Shown here: piece after piece, positions 58,858 to 64,000 of the stretch | How positions within the stretch are numbered: position 1 is the stretch's first letter | Layout: every line of letters begins with the position of its first letter | Source: Eledone cirrhosa | Taxonomy: Eukaryota | DNA: 64,000 bases | NCBI GenBank assembly: GCA_964016885.1 | Contig: OZ024741.1 | Span: 123,876,001-123,940,000 of the forward strand | Reading direction: 5' to 3' | Program-made: the position numbers and the translations under genes | The notes under the pieces: generated by a model | The model's database searches: none | Told to the model about the DNA's origin: nothing | The model's input: the letters and a program-made list of their open reading frames with translations, nothing else

Positions 58858-59653
58858 GGGAGATGAGTATAAGTGCACATGCAAACATATTGAATTACAT
58901 ACTTGCAAATAATGTGCAAATTACTACGGCTAATTCTGCAATACTTCAATAAGTACAGGGTAGTAGTTTATGATATATCTTCTGATGAAAACACCAAAAT
59001 TTCGAAGACTGATTCAACTAGAAATTGATTGAAATATATATCTCAAATAAACACATGAAACAATCACAGGGGATAATTTGTAAAGTGTGTAAGCACACAC
59101 AGCTAGGGCAGGTATCTAATTAAAGTTTAACTAGTACTTCAAATATTTCATTAAAGAAATATATTTCATTAAAGAAATATATTTCACCATTAATCCGTAA
59201 AATCACAGCAGTCAAAGCGAATTTTCAGCAAGGGAGAAGATTTAACTATCTGTGAATAACTATTAGCACGTTTTGCATATTAAAAAATACACACATTGTA
59301 CCATCGTCATCCCAGTGGCATGAATAGGATTATCGACAACTAGAAATAGCAGCCGCGTCCTTTCAATTGAGTTAGCTCTACAATTAAGTGGCCGTATATA
59401 TGTCCAAAATTAAATTAAGAGTGTCATGTCCGAGAGACATGCGGCCTATCCACCGTAGAATAAGCTCAAAGATTCCAATGAATAGATCCAAACCATTTTG
59501 TATCAACTAGAAATTGATTGACATATATATATATCTAAAATAAACACATGAAACAATCACTTTTAATTTACAAGGTAACATGATATTTGACATTTTTTCA
59601 TGTTTAAATTTATATGTACATTCCCGCATTCTCTGTTACATCTACACTCTCTA

Positions 59654-59719
<66 letters not shown>

Positions 59720-59723
<4 letters not shown>

Positions 59724-60422
59724 AAAATAGTTTAATTAGGAATAAGTAAAAATTAGTAATAAGTATTGGTTAGTATTCAGTTTTGGTTTTAAGTTTTTAC
59801 CGGTTGCGCATTTCTAATGCTTTTCAAAAATAATTTTGAGATAGAGCGCCCGTGATGTTTGCTCGAATCTGATTAGTTTTGGAAATTCTACCTGTTTTAT
59901 GTGAAAAAGGTGGCTCCAGAGGTATTAAAATAAGTTTCGCGCCAATTCGTGTTGCAAAAATTCTTGTGGTCAAAACAATTTTGATTTGTCAGTAGAGGTC
60001 ACGTGAATGTTAAAAATTGATTTTGCGCCAAATGTAGGTTTGTCGAAGCGTCTCTTTTTTCGCCTGATTGAGAAGTCACAGAAAAATAAGTCTTTTAAGA
60101 TAAATATGTATGTGTGTGTGTGTGTAGTAAAGAGGTTCTTTGTTGTGATAGTGGTCAGTAGGCATGTGTGTATGAATTGCAGTCATGTTGACAGATCAAC
60201 AGTTCAGGTGCCTATTAAGACAAATATGTATGTGTGTGTGTGTGTGTAGCAGAGTAATTCGTGGTAGAGGGATCGGGCAGTAGGAATGTGTCTGTACGTG
60301 TGTGGGGGATATTTTAACATGTTGAAAGCTATTTTTCAGCTCTTGTCTTATACGGAGAAGTGTGTGTGTGTGTGTGTGTGCGTGTGTATATGTCTCTTTG
60401 TATGTTAGTGTATGTGTGTGTG

Positions 60423-60454
<32 letters not shown>

Positions 60455-62157
60455 GGTGGACCAGTATTTTTGTGATACTGGTAAAATGGTGCACATTATT
60501 CGATATTTTCAGCAAAAACGGTTCTCTCAAGAGAACATCAAAAACCTTAATAATAAAAGGTGTGAAATGATATATAGTATTGTCATAACACCAAGGTGTG
60601 TGTGAGTGTCCAGATTGTACGTACTGCAAGGGGAATCCATTAGGCCCTGCCGTATTGGAATACTTGTGTACAAATATGCATGTGCCCCTCAGTGTGCAAT
60701 GCATGTGTGCGTATATGTATGTGTGTGTGTCGGCATGTTTATATCTATAGACATCAAAAGGTATGCAAATTTGTGTATATTTGTGTTGCACCATAGAACA
60801 TGTGTGTTTACGTATGTCATTGTGTTTATATGTGGATAGAGATGTATGTACGATGTATGCTGATGTAGGTATGTATGTTGACGTGTGTATGTTGTGGATT
60901 CGTCTTAGGGAGTAGTGTTTAGATGGGGTCCGTATTTGTTAATAAAGGGAGATTCCTTGCTGATGCGTTAAAAAAGGACCATAGAATGAACCAAATCCTT
61001 CGAACACACGATATCATAAAGAGCAAAAGACAGTCTAAGTCAATGAAAAATATCCTAACACATGCCAAAGTACTGCCAACCACAACAACGAAACCCACAG
61101 TAAAAAGAATGCGATAGACCCAACTGTGGCATATGCATCAACCTAATAGAGGGTTCGGAATTCTATGTCAAAGAAGAACAACGTTTTATAGTAAAACACA
61201 ATTTCACATGCGCATCAGAAAATCTAATATATGCATTAATTTGCTCAGGTTGTCGAGAACAATACATAGGCCAGACCAAAACAGCCTCCGCCAACGCATG
61301 ACTGTCCATAGATCCCAAATTAAAATACAGGAATACAGGAAAATACCACTGAGTGAACACATTGATACCTGTGCCGCCCAAAATCATCCCAACTTCAGAA
61401 TCTTTCCCCTCTACAAATTTAAAGATAATGCCCTCCACACCCAGCGCATCAACAAGGAATCTCACTTTATTAACAAATACGGACCCCGTCTAAACACTTC
61501 TCTCTAAGACGAACCTACAACATACACACGTCAACATACATACCTACATCAGCATACATCCTACATACATCTCTATCCACATATAAACACAATGACATAC
61601 GTAAACACACATGTTTTATGGTGCAACATAAATATACACAAATTTGCATACCTTTTGATGTTTATAGATATAAACGTGCCGACACACACACATACATATA
61701 TGCACACATGCATTGCACCCTGATGGGCACATACATATTTGAACACAAGTATTCCAATACAGCAGGGCCTAATGGATTCCCCTTGCAGTACGTACAATTT
61801 GGACACTCACACACACCTTGGTGTTATGACAATACTATATATCATTTCACACCTTTTATTATTAATGTTTTTGATGTTCTCTTGAGAGAACGGTTTTTGC
61901 TGAAAATATCGAATAATGTACACCATTTTACCAGTATCACAAACATACTGGTCTACCCACACACACACACATACACACATATACACACACTCATATATAC
62001 ACACACACATACACTAACATACAAAGAGACATATACACACACACACTTCTCCGTATAAGACAAGAGCTGAAAAATAACTTTCAACATGTTAAAATATCCC
62101 CCACACACGTACAGACACATTCCTACTGCCCGATCCCTCTACCACGAATTACTCTGC

Positions 62158-62250
<93 letters not shown>

Positions 62251-63000
62251 ACGCGCGCGCGCGCGCGCGCGCGCGCACACACACTTGTCTTAATAGGCAC
62301 CTGAACTGTTGATCTGTCAACATGACTGCAATTCACACACACATGCCTACTGACCATTATCACAACAAAGAACCTCTTTACTACACACACACACACATAC
62401 ATATTTGTCTTAAAAGACTTATTTTTCAGTGACTTCTCAATCAGGCAAAAAAAGAGACCGTTCGACAAACCTACATTTGGCGCAAAATCAATTTTTAACA
62501 TTCACGTGACCTCTACCGACCAATCAAAATTGTTTTGACCACAAGAATTTTTGCAACACGAATTGGCACGAAACTTATTTTAATACCTCTGGAGCCACTT
62601 TTTTTCACATAAAACAGGTAGAATTGCCAAAACTAATCAGATTCGAGCAAACATCACGGACGCTCTGTCTCAAAATTATTTTCGAAAAGCATCAGAAATG
62701 CGCAACCGGTAAGAACTTGAAACCAAAACTGAATACTAACCAATACTTATTACTAATTTTTACTAATTCCTAATTAAACTGTTTTTCACCGGGAACAATT
62801 TGTCAGCATTTTCTTTTCCTTTTACCAAGCGGATGGGTGAGGCCTTTCGCCAACATTTTGCCCGGTTGCTCGGGGGAAGTGGCGTGTCAGAGATGGTTGC
62901 GGACTTCAGTCCCTACCTCGATGGCTTGCTGCAACTCTCGACGGTTGACGCTGGGCGCTGTGTGGATGCTCGTGTGTTACACCTCTATTCTTGCAGCATG
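59720..63000. mobile_element. Neptune-type PLE with >1.2-kb inverted arms (59720-60967 / 61445-62789), GIY-YIG spacer and 3' tail, between (TA)n tracts
   Basis: The arms are high-identity reverse complements, the spacer encodes the endonuclease, and the tail spans 62790-63000. Confidence 0.9.
60968..61507 (+). pseudogene. PLE GIY-YIG endonuclease remnant (frameshifted)
   Basis: Joined frames give KRQSKSMKNILT...CDRPNCGIC...FTCASENLIYALICSGCREQYIGQT.NSLRQRMTVHRSQI...KESHFINKYGPRLN. Confidence 0.88.
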
Positions 63001-63078
63001 TATATATATATATATACATGCTGCAAGAGTCATGGTCGGAGATCGCTGAAATAATGTCAATCACTCTAGTTAATCTCG

Positions 63079-63111
<33 letters not shown>

Positions 63112-63228
63112 AATAATAATACATTTGGAGACTAAAATCCAAAGATGGCTCGATAAGGATAAATGTATATGAAATATATAAGAACCCTAGACCTAATATT
63201 TATTAAAATAACAGATTAAAGTTTAAGC

Positions 63229-63262
<34 letters not shown>

Positions 63263-63667
63263 TGATAAGAATTCATATATTATATACAGCTCTCTTTTTT
63301 TTTCTTTTGTAATGTCACCTGTTCTTTAAAAATATATTAAGGACAGTCACTGAAGCGTGTGTAAGTGCAATAAATCCGGCAACAACTTTATACGATCAGT
63401 GTTGAAGTTAAGTGAAGTACTTACTCATCCAAGCAACTAACTAGCTCATGAGAATATATCATGATCCTTAAAATTGACATAGAAATATATATAAGACATA
63501 CACGGTGCCGATAAATATCTTTCGTTTGATGAAGCGTTAGATACTTAACAGCAATACTTAAGGCGGGCCGCTACAAAAGATGCGAATTTTGCTCGCAAAA
63601 TTTATTATCAAAATATGTTTCCTTCTTTGCATCGAAAGTATTAATACTTTTTTTCTAATATTATCAC

Positions 63668-63855
63668 AAGGTGGATTGGCAGAATCGGTAGAGAGTCGGA
63701 CACCATGCTTTGAAGCATAGAGTTACGTCCCTTTATGATCTAAGTTCAAATCCCGCCGAGGTTAACTTTACCTTTCATCCTTACGGGGTCGATAAAATAA
63801 AGTACCAGTGATGTACTGGGTATTTGCTGGCCTTGTGCCTAAAGTAGAAACAATT
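63668..63855 (+). mobile_element. Near full-length tRNA-derived SINE (family A); an opposite-strand decayed copy follows to 64000
   Basis: tggcagaatcggtag (A-box)...gttcaaatcccgccgagg (B-box)...cctttcatccttacggggtcgataaaataaagtaccag. Confidence 0.8.
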
Positions 63856-64000
63856 ATCACAAGGTCATCAATTTAGGGGAGGAGAAATCTACATTGACCC
63901 AGTATTTAACTGGTACGTTATTGATGCCGGAAGGATGAATGGTAAACTTGCCTTCAATTTGCTTTGAACTCAGGGCGTAAAATGCTGTACCTATATGGCG

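Overview
AT-rich, microsatellite-saturated animal DNA. The SINE families and (TA)n/(CA)n/(GA)n density suggest a cephalopod, probably Octopus (inference). I recognise no host protein-coding exon, and most ORF-track entries are microsatellite artefacts. The window is a graveyard of mobile elements: a decayed Helitron (RepHel, ~22.9-27.7 kb), several Penelope-like elements (PLEs) with RT and/or GIY-YIG remnants, RTE-like LINE fragments (one with a twin-priming-type inversion), the 5' part of an R4/Dong-like element next to (TAA)n, mariner/hAT/MITE relics and many tRNA-derived SINEs. The main hidden structure is a set of more than 15 minimal type-I hammerhead ribozyme (HHR) motifs from about 10 apparently unrelated sequence families. 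They usually have AATAAA just downstream and a (TA)n tract at the element's 3' end. Many sit in fold-back (inverted-repeat) insertions whose symmetry centre lies in or beside the ribozyme. Non-canonical features recur across families: a CCGANGA core, a U.U pair at the stem II base, and long stem II inserts. All motif calls were made by eye; coordinates are approximate and activity is untested.
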